From an uncultured virus (IMG/VR IMGVR_UViG_3300025033_000017) (taxonomy: Duplodnaviria > Heunggongvirae > Uroviricota > Caudoviricetes): a stretch of DNA of 64,000 bases. Shown piece after piece: positions 49,537 through 58,768 of the stretch. Under the pieces are notes generated by a model that saw only the letters and a program-made list of their open reading frames with translations, searched no databases and was not told the origin of the DNA. Position numbers and translations under genes: made by a program. Numbering within the stretch: the stretch's first letter is position 1; every line of letters begins with the position of its first letter. The stretch is from the IMG/VR virus record IMGVR_UViG_3300025033_000017; one strand, given 5' to 3'.

Positions 49537-49549
49537 GTCGTATTAGTCA

Positions 49550-49587
49550 AAAAGACCTCAAGATAAATTTGCGTCTTGAGGTCTTTT
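49550..49587. terminator. Rho-independent terminator
   Basis: AAAAGACCTCAAGA/TCTTGAGGTCTTTT. Confidence 0.8.
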
Positions 49588-49650
49588 GCTTTACTATGTA
49601 ATGTATGCATGGAAAGGACCATGCTTAATCAATCAACCTAAAGGAAAATA

Positions 49651-50619
49651 ATGAACTTACTAGAACGCATGACGAAAGCGGGAAATATCGCAGCAGGAAC
49701 ACTATCAACGTCTGTCCTATTCAATGACAAGGACATGATCCCAACCGAAATACCCATCATGAACATTGCCCTTGCGGGAAAACTAGATGGAGGTCTAGTT
49801 CCTGGTCTAACGGTAATCGCCGGTCCATCAAAACACTTCAAGTCTCTCATGTCTTTGATTATGGTTAAAGCTTATATGAAAAAGTATGAAGATGCAATCT
49901 GTTTATTTTATGACTCTGAATTTGGTATTACGCCCGAGTATATCAAAGCACAAGGTATTGACGCAGATCGTGTTTTGCATATCCCCGTTGAACATATCGA
50001 ACAACTGAAGTTTGACTTGGCTCAACGGCTGGAAGAAATCAAGCGCAACGACCACGTTATCATCTTCATTGATTCCGTCGGAAATCTTGCATCCAAGAAG
50101 GAAGTAGAAGACGCGAAGAATGAAAATTCTGCTGCTGACATGACACGTGCAAAAGCCATGAAGTCATTGTTCCGTATCGTGACTCCACATCTGACGACCC
50201 GTGATATTCCATGTATTGTGGTAAATCATACATATCAAACACAAGAAATGTATTCTAAGACTGTTGTAAGTGGGGGTTGTATGGTTGCTGACACAAAAAT
50301 CCACACACTACAAGGTCTAAAAGCTATTCAAGATATTGCAAGAGGTGATATTGTATCAACTCTTGAAGGCGAAAAGATGGTTACTCACACCTGGAATCCA
50401 GATACTCTTGAAGACGGCGAACCTGAGTGTTATGAAATAGAATTTGAAGATGGTTATGTCTGTACTGTTTCTGAAACCCATCCATTTTTAACTAAATCTG
50501 GGTGGATAACTGCAGATCAACTAACAGTTGGAAGTGAAGTGTCAAAAGTAATAAATACCTGTATCAATAATAACGAACAGGTATTTATTAATGAACATAG
50601 TCTATCTAATACAATTTAA
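49651..50619 (+). CDS. uvsX: UvsX recombinase N-extein plus intein N-fragment
   Basis: AGPSKHFKS, YDSEFG and IDSVGNLASKKE; intein block A CMVADTKI starts at 50278 after VVSGG; block B TVSETHPF. Confidence 0.92.
   Translation: MNLLERMTKAGNIAAGTLSTSVLFNDKDMIPTEIPIMNIALAGKLDGGLVPGLTVIAGPSKHFKSLMSLIMVKAYMKKYEDAICLFYDSEFGITPEYIKAQGIDADRVLHIPVEHIEQLKFDLAQRLEEIKRNDHVIIFIDSVGNLASKKEVEDAKNENSAADMTRAKAMKSLFRIVTPHLTTRDIPCIVVNHTYQTQEMYSKTVVSGGCMVADTKIHTLQGLKAIQDIARGDIVSTLEGEKMVTHTWNPDTLEDGEPECYEIEFEDGYVCTVSETHPFLTKSGWITADQLTVGSEVSKVINTCINNNEQVFINEHSLSNTI
50549..50590 (+). promoter_or_regulatory. 14-bp hairpin sequestering the endonuclease RBS and containing a late-promoter-like motif
   Basis: TAATAAATACCTGT (50549-50562) / ACAGGTATTTATTA (50577-50590) immediately before ATG 50591. 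Confidence 0.75.
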
Positions 50620-51244
50620 TATAGATACGCTACCAAACAAATATATCGGCAGTAAATCTAACTGTAGTGTAGTTAACAATAAAATTTTAAATTCAAGAGG
50701 AAAAGAATATTGTGGTTCATCGGCTGATAAAGTATTCAAACAGTTAGTAGAATCATTAATTCCATATGAAGTTAAAGTTTTAGGTACATTTGAATCATAT
50801 TCTGATGCGTTGATAGCTGAGAGAGATATTCAGATAAACTACGATGTAGTTGCTAGTGTAGAATTTTTTAATAAATCTATAGCAACATTTTCATCATTCG
50901 CTGATCCCAGTTATGCCACATATAAGCATGTTGTAACGGATAAATGTGTTAGATTAAAACGAGATCATCCTAAAGTGTTATCTGGGGAATATGCTGGTGT
51001 TTCTAAAGGAACAATCCTATCAGAGGATGAACGAAAGAAAAGAGGAAGAAGCGGTATAGAAAATGGGTTTTATGGAAAAACACATTCCGCTGAAACCAAA
51101 TCATTATGCGGAAAGAAAATAGGAGATTCACACCGTGGTAAACCAAAAACAGATGAACAAAGACGAAAAATGTCCGAAGCAAGAAAATTGTGGTGGATTA
51201 ATCGTAAAAAGAGTAACGAAAGTCGGCAAACAGAAAGTGTATGA
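50591..51244 (+). mobile_element. Free-standing GIY-YIG homing endonuclease with NUMOD3 motifs
   Basis: IVYLI...KYIGSK; NGFYGKTHSAETK and GKPKTDEQRRKMSEA. Confidence 0.85.
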
Positions 51245-51716
51245 TATTACTGTAGCTGATAACCACCATTATATTCTAGAAAATGGTGTTGTCTGTCACA
51301 ATACTGGAATTTACTACTCAGCGAATGCCATTTGGATCATTGGGCGATCACAAGAAAAAGAAGGTACGGAAGTCGTTGGCTATAACTTTACGATCAATAT
51401 TGAGAAGTCTAGATACGTTAAGGAAAAGATGAAGTGTCCGTTTACAGTCACATTTGATGGTGGTATCAATAGGTGGTCTGGTCTAATGGATATTGCTCTC
51501 GAAACTGGGCATTGCACGAAACCCAAGAACGGATGGTATCAACGCCAGGGCGACGAAAAGAACTATCGACTGGCAGACACAAATTGTAAAGAGTTTTGGA
51601 TTCCAGTCTTGACCGACAAGACTTTCCAGACGGCTGTTCAGCAAAAGTTTCAACTAGGTACTGCCGCATTGATTCAAGAACATGCAGAGCACGTAGACCA
51701 TGATGGAGAAGCATAA
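51135..51716 (+). CDS. uvsX: Intein C-fragment plus UvsX C-extein
   Basis: VYDITVADNHHYILENGVVCHN, then TGIYYSA...EKSRYVKEK; GTG start with AGGAG at 51121-51125. Confidence 0.88.
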   Translation: MVNQKQMNKDEKCPKQENCGGLIVKRVTKVGKQKVYDITVADNHHYILENGVVCHNTGIYYSANAIWIIGRSQEKEGTEVVGYNFTINIEKSRYVKEKMKCPFTVTFDGGINRWSGLMDIALETGHCTKPKNGWYQRQGDEKNYRLADTNCKEFWIPVLTDKTFQTAVQQKFQLGTAALIQEHAEHVDHDGEA

Positions 51717-51968
51717 ATGAGTTACAACGTAGGATGGGCATGCCCAAGATGTGGTGCACCGAATGCACCAACTAATGTAACGTGTGCGGCATGTTTTGGA
51801 ACGCCCAATACGGAGAGCATCCCTGAATGGTCTCCGCCCAAGGATGACGGTAGAATTTCTCTCATGGAAATTGGCCAGAAGTGCCCGGCATGTAATCGTG
51901 TCATTTCCGGAATAACGGGTTTCGCATGTGCACGGATTGACTGTCCATCAACAAGACTTCTTGATTAA
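51717..51968 (+). CDS. Cys-rich zinc-ribbon protein
   Basis: GWACPRCG, CAAC and CPAC motifs. Confidence 0.6.
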   Translation: MSYNVGWACPRCGAPNAPTNVTCAACFGTPNTESIPEWSPPKDDGRISLMEIGQKCPACNRVISGITGFACARIDCPSTRLLD

Positions 51969-51975
51969 GGATATT

Positions 51976-52263
51976 ATGTTTAGAGTTTTAGATGAGAAAC
52001 ACCATGACTTCAACGTTATCGAAATTACCGAAGGTCAATTCAAAGACTTCAAGATTGTCTACGGAGAAATCAAGTTTGCAGATGCTCCTAACGAGGATGG
52101 TACATACACGATCAAATTTGACTGTGACGTTATGAATGATAAAATGGTTACTGATAGAGATGCATTTCAGGAAGTGACCGGAGACATATTGGTTGCTCTT
52201 ATGGATACAGCCGTGAAAGAATCCGAGTACCTACTGAAAGGCGGCATAGATGAAGCGAATTGA
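51976..52263 (+). CDS. Hypothetical protein at the gp40 position
   Basis: Synteny between uvsX and gp41; GDILV motif. Confidence 0.55.
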   Translation: MFRVLDEKHHDFNVIEITEGQFKDFKIVYGEIKFADAPNEDGTYTIKFDCDVMNDKMVTDRDAFQEVTGDILVALMDTAVKESEYLLKGGIDEAN

Positions 52264-53626
52264 AGAAGTAATTCTTTCAAACACTGTAAACGATGAATTA
52301 TATGCAAGACGAGTCTTACCGTTCTTACAAGAAGATTATTTTCATGATCGCAGGGACCGTGAAGTATTCAAACTGATCAACGGGCATTTCGTACAGTATA
52401 ACGAACTTCCTAACATAACCACGCTAACCATTGATGCTGACAAGGTTCAATGCAACAAAGACGAGCATGATCAGATTCTAGAAATCATATCTGGGCTTGA
52501 TCATGTCTCTACTGACAAGCAACAATGGTTAATTGAACGCACTGAAAAATTCTGTAAAGAGAAGGCGATTCATAATGCCATTATGCGGTCGATTACGATT
52601 CTTGATGGTAAGGACAAACAGTATACAGAAGATGCGTTGCCTTCCCTTCTAGCAGAAGCAATCTCAGTATCGTTTGATAAGTCCGTTGGGCATGATTTCT
52701 ACGATGACGCCGAAAAGCGGTATGATTACTATCATATGAAGGAAGATCGCCTTCCGTTTGATTTATCGATGTTCAACAAGATATCGAAAGGTGGTATACC
52801 TCGAAAAACGCTTAATGGCATTCTTGCATCAACTGGCGTAGGAAAATCTTTGTTTCTTTGCCACCTTGCTGCTGCATCACTTAAACAGGGCAAAAACGTA
52901 CTTTATATCACGATGGAAATGAGTGAGGAACGAATCGCCGAACGTATTGACTGCAACCTGTTGAACATTGATATTGACGAATTGTTCAAGATTGGTAAAA
53001 AGACGTTCACTACGAAGGTTGAAGAACTACAATCCAAGACCCATGGAAAACTGATTATCAAGGAATACCCAACAGGGAATGCTCATGCGGGGCATTTCCG
53101 GGCATTACTCGATGAACTGAAAACAAAGAAGAATTTTCTACCAGACGTAATCATGATCGATTACCTAAACATTTGTGCTAGTCAACGTGTCAAGAATCAA
53201 AACGCAAATTCCTATACAATTGTCAAGAGCATCGCCGAGGAACTACGCGCACTGGCGGTTGAATTTGATGTTCCTGTTTGGACTGCAACTCAGACGAATC
53301 GTGGTGGTGCTAACAATTCGGATGTTAGCATTACCGATACGTCAGAATCTTTCGGTCTTCCAATGACACTCGATTTCCTTTTTGCAATGGTACGTACAGA
53401 AGAATTGGACGAGTTGGGTCAATTGCTATGTATTCAGTTGAAGTCCCGATACGGAGATATTAACTACCATCGCAAGTTTGTTGTCGGAGTCGATATCAAG
53501 AAATTCATGCTATATGATGTTGAAGAATCTACCCAGGATGACGTTGTTGACGATAGACCTGCATTTGATAACTCCAAGTTCGGTGGTGCTATGAAAGCCG
53601 AAAAATATGAATTTAACTTTGACTAA
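52250..53626 (+). CDS. gp41: Replicative DNA helicase gp41
   Basis: ASTGVGKS, TMEMSEERIAERID, KEYPT, IDYLNIC and SESFGLP motifs. Confidence 0.97.
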   Translation: MKRIEEVILSNTVNDELYARRVLPFLQEDYFHDRRDREVFKLINGHFVQYNELPNITTLTIDADKVQCNKDEHDQILEIISGLDHVSTDKQQWLIERTEKFCKEKAIHNAIMRSITILDGKDKQYTEDALPSLLAEAISVSFDKSVGHDFYDDAEKRYDYYHMKEDRLPFDLSMFNKISKGGIPRKTLNGILASTGVGKSLFLCHLAAASLKQGKNVLYITMEMSEERIAERIDCNLLNIDIDELFKIGKKTFTTKVEELQSKTHGKLIIKEYPTGNAHAGHFRALLDELKTKKNFLPDVIMIDYLNICASQRVKNQNANSYTIVKSIAEELRALAVEFDVPVWTATQTNRGGANNSDVSITDTSESFGLPMTLDFLFAMVRTEELDELGQLLCIQLKSRYGDINYHRKFVVGVDIKKFMLYDVEESTQDDVVDDRPAFDNSKFGGAMKAEKYEFNFD

Positions 53627-53628
53627 AC

Positions 53629-53994
53629 ATGATATTTAAAAAAATAGACATTGATCAACTACACAAGAATACGGAACTTCTGTACGCCGGGGATCAGGAA
53701 TTTAGATTCCGGCGAGATTCTGGCTATACCGCAACGGTATTGTATGACATTGTTGGTTCCATGTCGGTGTCAAGTCGTGCATTGTATGTTTTAAAATGCG
53801 TAAGTCGCCAAAGATGCAAATATCTTTCGCAGGAAATGCTTAGAATTCTGACTGATATGGGCATTCAATGTGTTAGGGCAACCTAACAGGATATTCTAAT
53901 CCATAACATACCGAGTGTTCGATTTGTCGTTTCTGATCGATCAAACTGCTATTTACGAGGATTGAAGATCGACAATACTTGGTATGATGACTAA
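53629..53994 (+). pseudogene. Hypothetical gene with a probable premature TAA
   Basis: After TAA at 53884-53886 the same frame stays open for 35 more codons. Confidence 0.4.
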
Positions 53995-54053
53995 ATACCC
54001 CTCTTGAAAAGTGGTCTTTAGATAAATAAAGAATCATTTACGAGGGTTTAATC

Positions 54054-55010
54054 ATGGCAGGGTTATCTGTAGCAGATTTATCAAAACGAGATAACTGGAA
54101 TCTCATTCTCATTAAAATTGAGGGTAAGATTCCTTTTATTCTCACAACAGGCGCAGAGACTACGGTAGGTCATAAAGACACAAAAAAACATAAAATTTAT
54201 GTTGATGCAATAAAATCAATCTCAGTTCCTAATATAAGATCATCTTTTTTGCAAGTTGGTTCATCTATAGTATTTACAACTATAGATGGTAAAAAGATAA
54301 AACTTACAGATATTCAAAAAACAAAGGAATTCGGTTCCGCTGGTAATACAACAGCAAAAGAAGATGCAGCATTAGAACAGTTGAGAAGTCATATAATATC
54401 TATAAAAAAACAAACTGGGCTGAATGAAATTCCAATACATATGAATGGTAAAATTTTCAATGTAAGTGATGCTGAATCTACGCCAGGAACTCCAAAGTCC
54501 GACTTTCATTTACTAGATAAGAATAATAAAGAAGTTGTGTGGATATCACATAAAGATGGTAGAACAGAAAAGGATTTTCAACAATGGGGAGGAATTTCTG
54601 AAAAAGAAGAAAAAGTAAATCATCATAAAGAGACCCAACAATTTATTCTAGAATGCCAGTCTATTTTTGGAGATAAAATTCCCAATGCAACAACAATGTC
54701 AAAAAAAATAAAAAACAAAGTTCTAAAATGTATGGCAATATATGGGGTTGATTATGGATCGGCATTTGGTAGACAAAATGTGAACGTGTGTTATCAGGGC
54801 AGTTTGTCAGTTGTCAAATTCGGAAGTTACTATAAAATAGTAGCTTCTGCCCACGAACATTGGAATGGAGAAGTTCCTTCTGGTGGTTACGAACCAGTTT
54901 TTATGATAACATATAAAGGTGACAGAAGTCAGTTTGGTATTTCGGGGGCTAGACTAACTATATCTCCTTCTGGCTGTAGAAAATCAACGCCGATGCCTAG
55001 TGATAAATAA
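54054..55010 (+). CDS. Putative PD-(D/E)xK-type endonuclease
   Basis: TPKSDF...WISHK...FQQWGG motif; AT-rich; late-like GATAAATA upstream. Confidence 0.65.
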   Translation: MAGLSVADLSKRDNWNLILIKIEGKIPFILTTGAETTVGHKDTKKHKIYVDAIKSISVPNIRSSFLQVGSSIVFTTIDGKKIKLTDIQKTKEFGSAGNTTAKEDAALEQLRSHIISIKKQTGLNEIPIHMNGKIFNVSDAESTPGTPKSDFHLLDKNNKEVVWISHKDGRTEKDFQQWGGISEKEEKVNHHKETQQFILECQSIFGDKIPNATTMSKKIKNKVLKCMAIYGVDYGSAFGRQNVNVCYQGSLSVVKFGSYYKIVASAHEHWNGEVPSGGYEPVFMITYKGDRSQFGISGARLTISPSGCRKSTPMPSDK

Positions 55011-55013
55011 ACA

Positions 55014-56288
55014 ATGATAAACTTCAAACAACTAATCGAATCTATTGCTTTTGATCAAGCCTCGCGGGCTGGTCTACAATATCATGGTTTCGGGCGATAT
55101 GGAACCAAAGACGGCAAGGTAACTCATGTTTCCAAGATGGGTAAACTTGTACCCATTCATAAAGTGCCTGAAATGCGCACTCTGCATAATGATGAACTAA
55201 AACACCTTGAACACACTGAGGATGAAGTCTTTACTCATGGTGTTCATGGTGTCACCAATGCAATGGATCAATTCAAGGCACTACAACACGATGACAACAG
55301 AACCACGATAAGCCAGAAGATCGACGGATCTCCAAGTTTCGTTATGGGTAAACATCCTCAAACGGGTAAATTTTTCGTTGCCTCGAAATCCGCCTTCAAC
55401 AAAGACCCGAAGATTAATTATACCGAAGATGATATTGATCGAAATCATGGCCACGCACCAGGTCTTGCATCAAAACTAAAACAACTATTGAAGCACGGGC
55501 ATAAGCTCGGTGTCAACGGCGTGGTTCAGGGCGACTTCTTATACGATCATGAAGATAAGAAGGACGAAGGAAACAAGTATTCGTTCAAGCCAAACACAAT
55601 ACGGTACTCGATTGGAAAAGATACCCCAGAGGGTAAAGCTGTTGGAGATTCCAAGATTGGTGTTGCCCTTCATACGCGATACGAGGGTGACAAAGCAGTG
55701 CTTGATCCTAACATAGAATACAAGCATCACAAAGATGTTTACGTTATGCCAGTTGCGGTAAACAAGGATAAGATGAAGTTCGATAAAGACATGATCAAGA
55801 AAAAAGTTTCTGATATGGGTAGCACTACAAAGTCGATTACTAAAGAAGGCTGGAATGCTGTCACTCATTCGTCCATCTTTCCTCATGTAAAGACATACAT
55901 TAATTCAGAAGTTCGCAAGGGCAATCAAAATTACAATGTAGATGGTTTGAAGAAGCATATCTTCGACAAGCATCAGAAAGAAATCGATTCCGTAAAAACT
56001 GAAAAGTCTAAGGCAACAAAGACAGCAAAACGTAACGATCTTCTAAGTCATGTTGAAAACAATCGACAACATTTCGAGAATGCATTCAAGCTACAAGGTC
56101 ATATCAATGACGTGAAACATCATATCATAGACAAACTAGATCATGGTCAAACGTTTCATCATTCATACGACAATGGCGATGAAGCAAAGCCGGAGGGATA
56201 TGTTATGATCGGCCATCATGGTCCGCTCAAGTTAGTAGATAGAGCAAATTTCAGTCGAGCAAATTTCGAAATGAGCAAAAACAGATGA
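55014..56288 (+). CDS. Covalent nucleotidyltransferase-like (ligase/capping superfamily) protein, probably head-packaged
   Basis: KIDGSP (KxDG), QGDFLY, EGYV and LKLVDR motifs; MINFKQLIE N-terminus. Confidence 0.65.
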   Translation: MINFKQLIESIAFDQASRAGLQYHGFGRYGTKDGKVTHVSKMGKLVPIHKVPEMRTLHNDELKHLEHTEDEVFTHGVHGVTNAMDQFKALQHDDNRTTISQKIDGSPSFVMGKHPQTGKFFVASKSAFNKDPKINYTEDDIDRNHGHAPGLASKLKQLLKHGHKLGVNGVVQGDFLYDHEDKKDEGNKYSFKPNTIRYSIGKDTPEGKAVGDSKIGVALHTRYEGDKAVLDPNIEYKHHKDVYVMPVAVNKDKMKFDKDMIKKKVSDMGSTTKSITKEGWNAVTHSSIFPHVKTYINSEVRKGNQNYNVDGLKKHIFDKHQKEIDSVKTEKSKATKTAKRNDLLSHVENNRQHFENAFKLQGHINDVKHHIIDKLDHGQTFHHSYDNGDEAKPEGYVMIGHHGPLKLVDRANFSRANFEMSKNR

Positions 56289-56893
56289 AAACCTTCAAAG
56301 AGTTTGTTAGAAGTCTGCTAGAATCTACTGGAAAAACGGCAGTATTAACTTATGGTCGAATGAATCCTCCCACAGTTGGTCACGCCAAACTTATCGACTC
56401 TGTGTTATCTCAAAAAGGAGACACTCATAGAGTTGTTGTTTCGCATAGTACGGATAGCAAAAAGAATCCTCTCACAGGAGAGGAAAAAGTTGGTCTGCTG
56501 CATAAGATGTATCCAGACCACAAGCACGTTTTTCAGTCTGCAACGAAAGAGATGCCCTCAATATTTCATCATGCCGCTGATCTACACAAACAAGGGCATG
56601 ATCATCTGCATGTCGTTGTTGGCTCTGATAGGGTAAAGGAATTTACAGACTCATTGAACAAGTACAACGGCAAGTTCAATGATAAAGGTGATGGATATAA
56701 GTTCAAATCTATTAAAGTGACGAGTGCTGGAGATCGTGATCCCGATGCAGAAGGCACTGAAGGCATGAGTGCAAGCAAAATGCGGGAACACGCCAAGACT
56801 GGAAACGTAAGTGAGTTCAAGAAGGGTCTGCATTCATCGCTACATGCACACGCAGAATCTATCATGAGTAAAATAAGAGACAGACTCAAGTGA
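56285..56893 (+). CDS. HxGH-type cytidylyl/adenylyltransferase-like protein
   Basis: GRMNPPTVGH, KNPL, VVGSDR and MSASKMR motifs; MKTFKEFV N-terminus. Confidence 0.85.
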   Translation: MKTFKEFVRSLLESTGKTAVLTYGRMNPPTVGHAKLIDSVLSQKGDTHRVVVSHSTDSKKNPLTGEEKVGLLHKMYPDHKHVFQSATKEMPSIFHHAADLHKQGHDHLHVVVGSDRVKEFTDSLNKYNGKFNDKGDGYKFKSIKVTSAGDRDPDAEGTEGMSASKMREHAKTGNVSEFKKGLHSSLHAHAESIMSKIRDRLK

Positions 56894-56940
56894 TCATTTA
56901 AAGACGATAAATAATACATCGTACATATATTGATGGGTTT

Positions 56941-57756
56941 ATGAAAACTTACGCAGATTTTATCTCGTCCAAGAAGGATGTTACTCCAATCATGGAAGAC
57001 ACAACAAGAGAACGTTATCTCAATGGAGAACTGTTCCGTGTTGGTGATATCGTCGTTGATCGTGACACAGAAACAATTCATGAAATTGTCAATCTAGGCA
57101 CTAATTATGTGTCTGTCGTTGATGCCGGCGGCAAAACTAGTAAGAAGTGGATAACAAGTCTAGTCGAAGCAAATTCTCTCGCGGATGACTTCAACGAGAT
57201 TAGACGAAAGAGAAGTTCTAGTAACCAGATCGCATTCCTAGGCTACAAAACGAAAAACTTCACCGAAGAACATTATAATTCGTTTATGCCCATGATCAAG
57301 AAGCACCGTAATGAGGACAAGTTCGCAATGTTGAATCTTGTCAGATCGACCGACGAACTACTTGGAGAAATGAAAAATATTTCTCTCGACAACTACAATC
57401 GAGTTCAGGGACTGTTTGAACAGACAGAACGATTACTGAACAAGTTCAATTCTATCTCCGGACATTCGTATCGCAAGGATTTGATGGAAAGTATTTTGTA
57501 TCTAGAGTTGACGGAAGAACTAAAATTTAGTCGTGGCGACAAGGAACATGCGGCAAAGGTAATCGCAAATACGTTTAACGTCGAAATGAAAGATCGCCCA
57601 CAGGATACGATTGATGCAGCATTGAAGCAAGTGATCTCCACCCCTAAGACCAACAAACATTCAACCTACCATAAGATAGCATCCCGTCTTTTTGATTATG
57701 CTAAAGAAATGGGTATACAGTTCAATCATGATCGTATCAAGGAACTACAAAAATGA
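56941..57756 (+). CDS. Hypothetical putative internal head protein
   Basis: MKTYADFI N-terminus; SH3-like FRVGDIV...GTNYV segment; late-like promoter upstream. Confidence 0.6.
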   Translation: MKTYADFISSKKDVTPIMEDTTRERYLNGELFRVGDIVVDRDTETIHEIVNLGTNYVSVVDAGGKTSKKWITSLVEANSLADDFNEIRRKRSSSNQIAFLGYKTKNFTEEHYNSFMPMIKKHRNEDKFAMLNLVRSTDELLGEMKNISLDNYNRVQGLFEQTERLLNKFNSISGHSYRKDLMESILYLELTEELKFSRGDKEHAAKVIANTFNVEMKDRPQDTIDAALKQVISTPKTNKHSTYHKIASRLFDYAKEMGIQFNHDRIKELQK

Positions 57757-58730
57757 TCAAATTCAAAGACCTAACAGCGCAGATTCAAGAAGCATTCGAT
57801 AACTCCGGTAAAGATTCTGTTGATAAGAAAAAGGGGTTCCCATCAAAAGGCGATAAGAAAAAGAAGAATCCTTTTGTTAAGAAAGATTCGACCGATGACG
57901 CAGACAAAGAAGGCGATGAAGATGAGGAAGATCAGGAAGACGAAGATGACGATGATTCTCCAGTGGTTGATGGAGAAGACGAAAAAGATGCTAATGAAGC
58001 TCAAGTAGGTGAACGCCCTGAGGATGACATTGAGGACGAGTCGAAACAAGATACCACTGTCGGTGATGACGGTGAATCGATCTATTCTCTAGATCAACGT
58101 ATGCAACACAAAATGAAAGAACTTGGTTATGATGAAGATGGCGAGTATGTTGGTAAAGACGGCGGAGATGATGAAGACCCAGGTTTTGATGCTGTAGCAG
58201 GCGGTGAAACAGATCCTGATGATGACGGTGAAGGTGATGATGAAGATCAAGATGATTCGGAAGAGGACACAGAAGACGAAGATCCTCCTGTAAATAAGAA
58301 GAAAAAGGTCGTCAAGGAAGATACCTTTGAAGTCGCCAGACTTGTCATGGATGAAAGTTTGTTAGCTATGGCAGCAGTTCCTATTGGTATGGCTATCGGT
58401 GCGAAGATCAACGACAAATTGACAAAGAAGAAAGACAAAGATGGAGTTCCTTACCGAACTCAAAAGGAATTGGATGACTCTCCGCTGAATCGTTATATCA
58501 AGAGAAAGACTACCAAGAATGAGTCTGTTCAAGTCTCTCTTGATGACGTTGAAAAGTCAAAACAAGACAAGAAACTTGATCGCAAAGGTAAAGACGGTCA
58601 CGATATGGAATCAGATGCTTCAGATAAGAAGGCTGACAAAAAGTTGCAAAAAGACCTTGAGAAAAAATTCGATAAGGAACTAGGTGAAGACACTGGGGTT
58701 CTTCGCTGGGCAAAACTGCTTTCCAAATAA
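57753..58730 (+). CDS. Highly acidic/basic low-complexity protein
   Basis: Long D/E tracts flanked by Lys clusters; MIKFKDL N-terminus. Confidence 0.65.
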   Translation: MIKFKDLTAQIQEAFDNSGKDSVDKKKGFPSKGDKKKKNPFVKKDSTDDADKEGDEDEEDQEDEDDDDSPVVDGEDEKDANEAQVGERPEDDIEDESKQDTTVGDDGESIYSLDQRMQHKMKELGYDEDGEYVGKDGGDDEDPGFDAVAGGETDPDDDGEGDDEDQDDSEEDTEDEDPPVNKKKKVVKEDTFEVARLVMDESLLAMAAVPIGMAIGAKINDKLTKKKDKDGVPYRTQKELDDSPLNRYIKRKTTKNESVQVSLDDVEKSKQDKKLDRKGKDGHDMESDASDKKADKKLQKDLEKKFDKELGEDTGVLRWAKLLSK

Positions 58731-58768
58731 TCATAAATACAATCATACACATATAGGAGTTTTACAAC

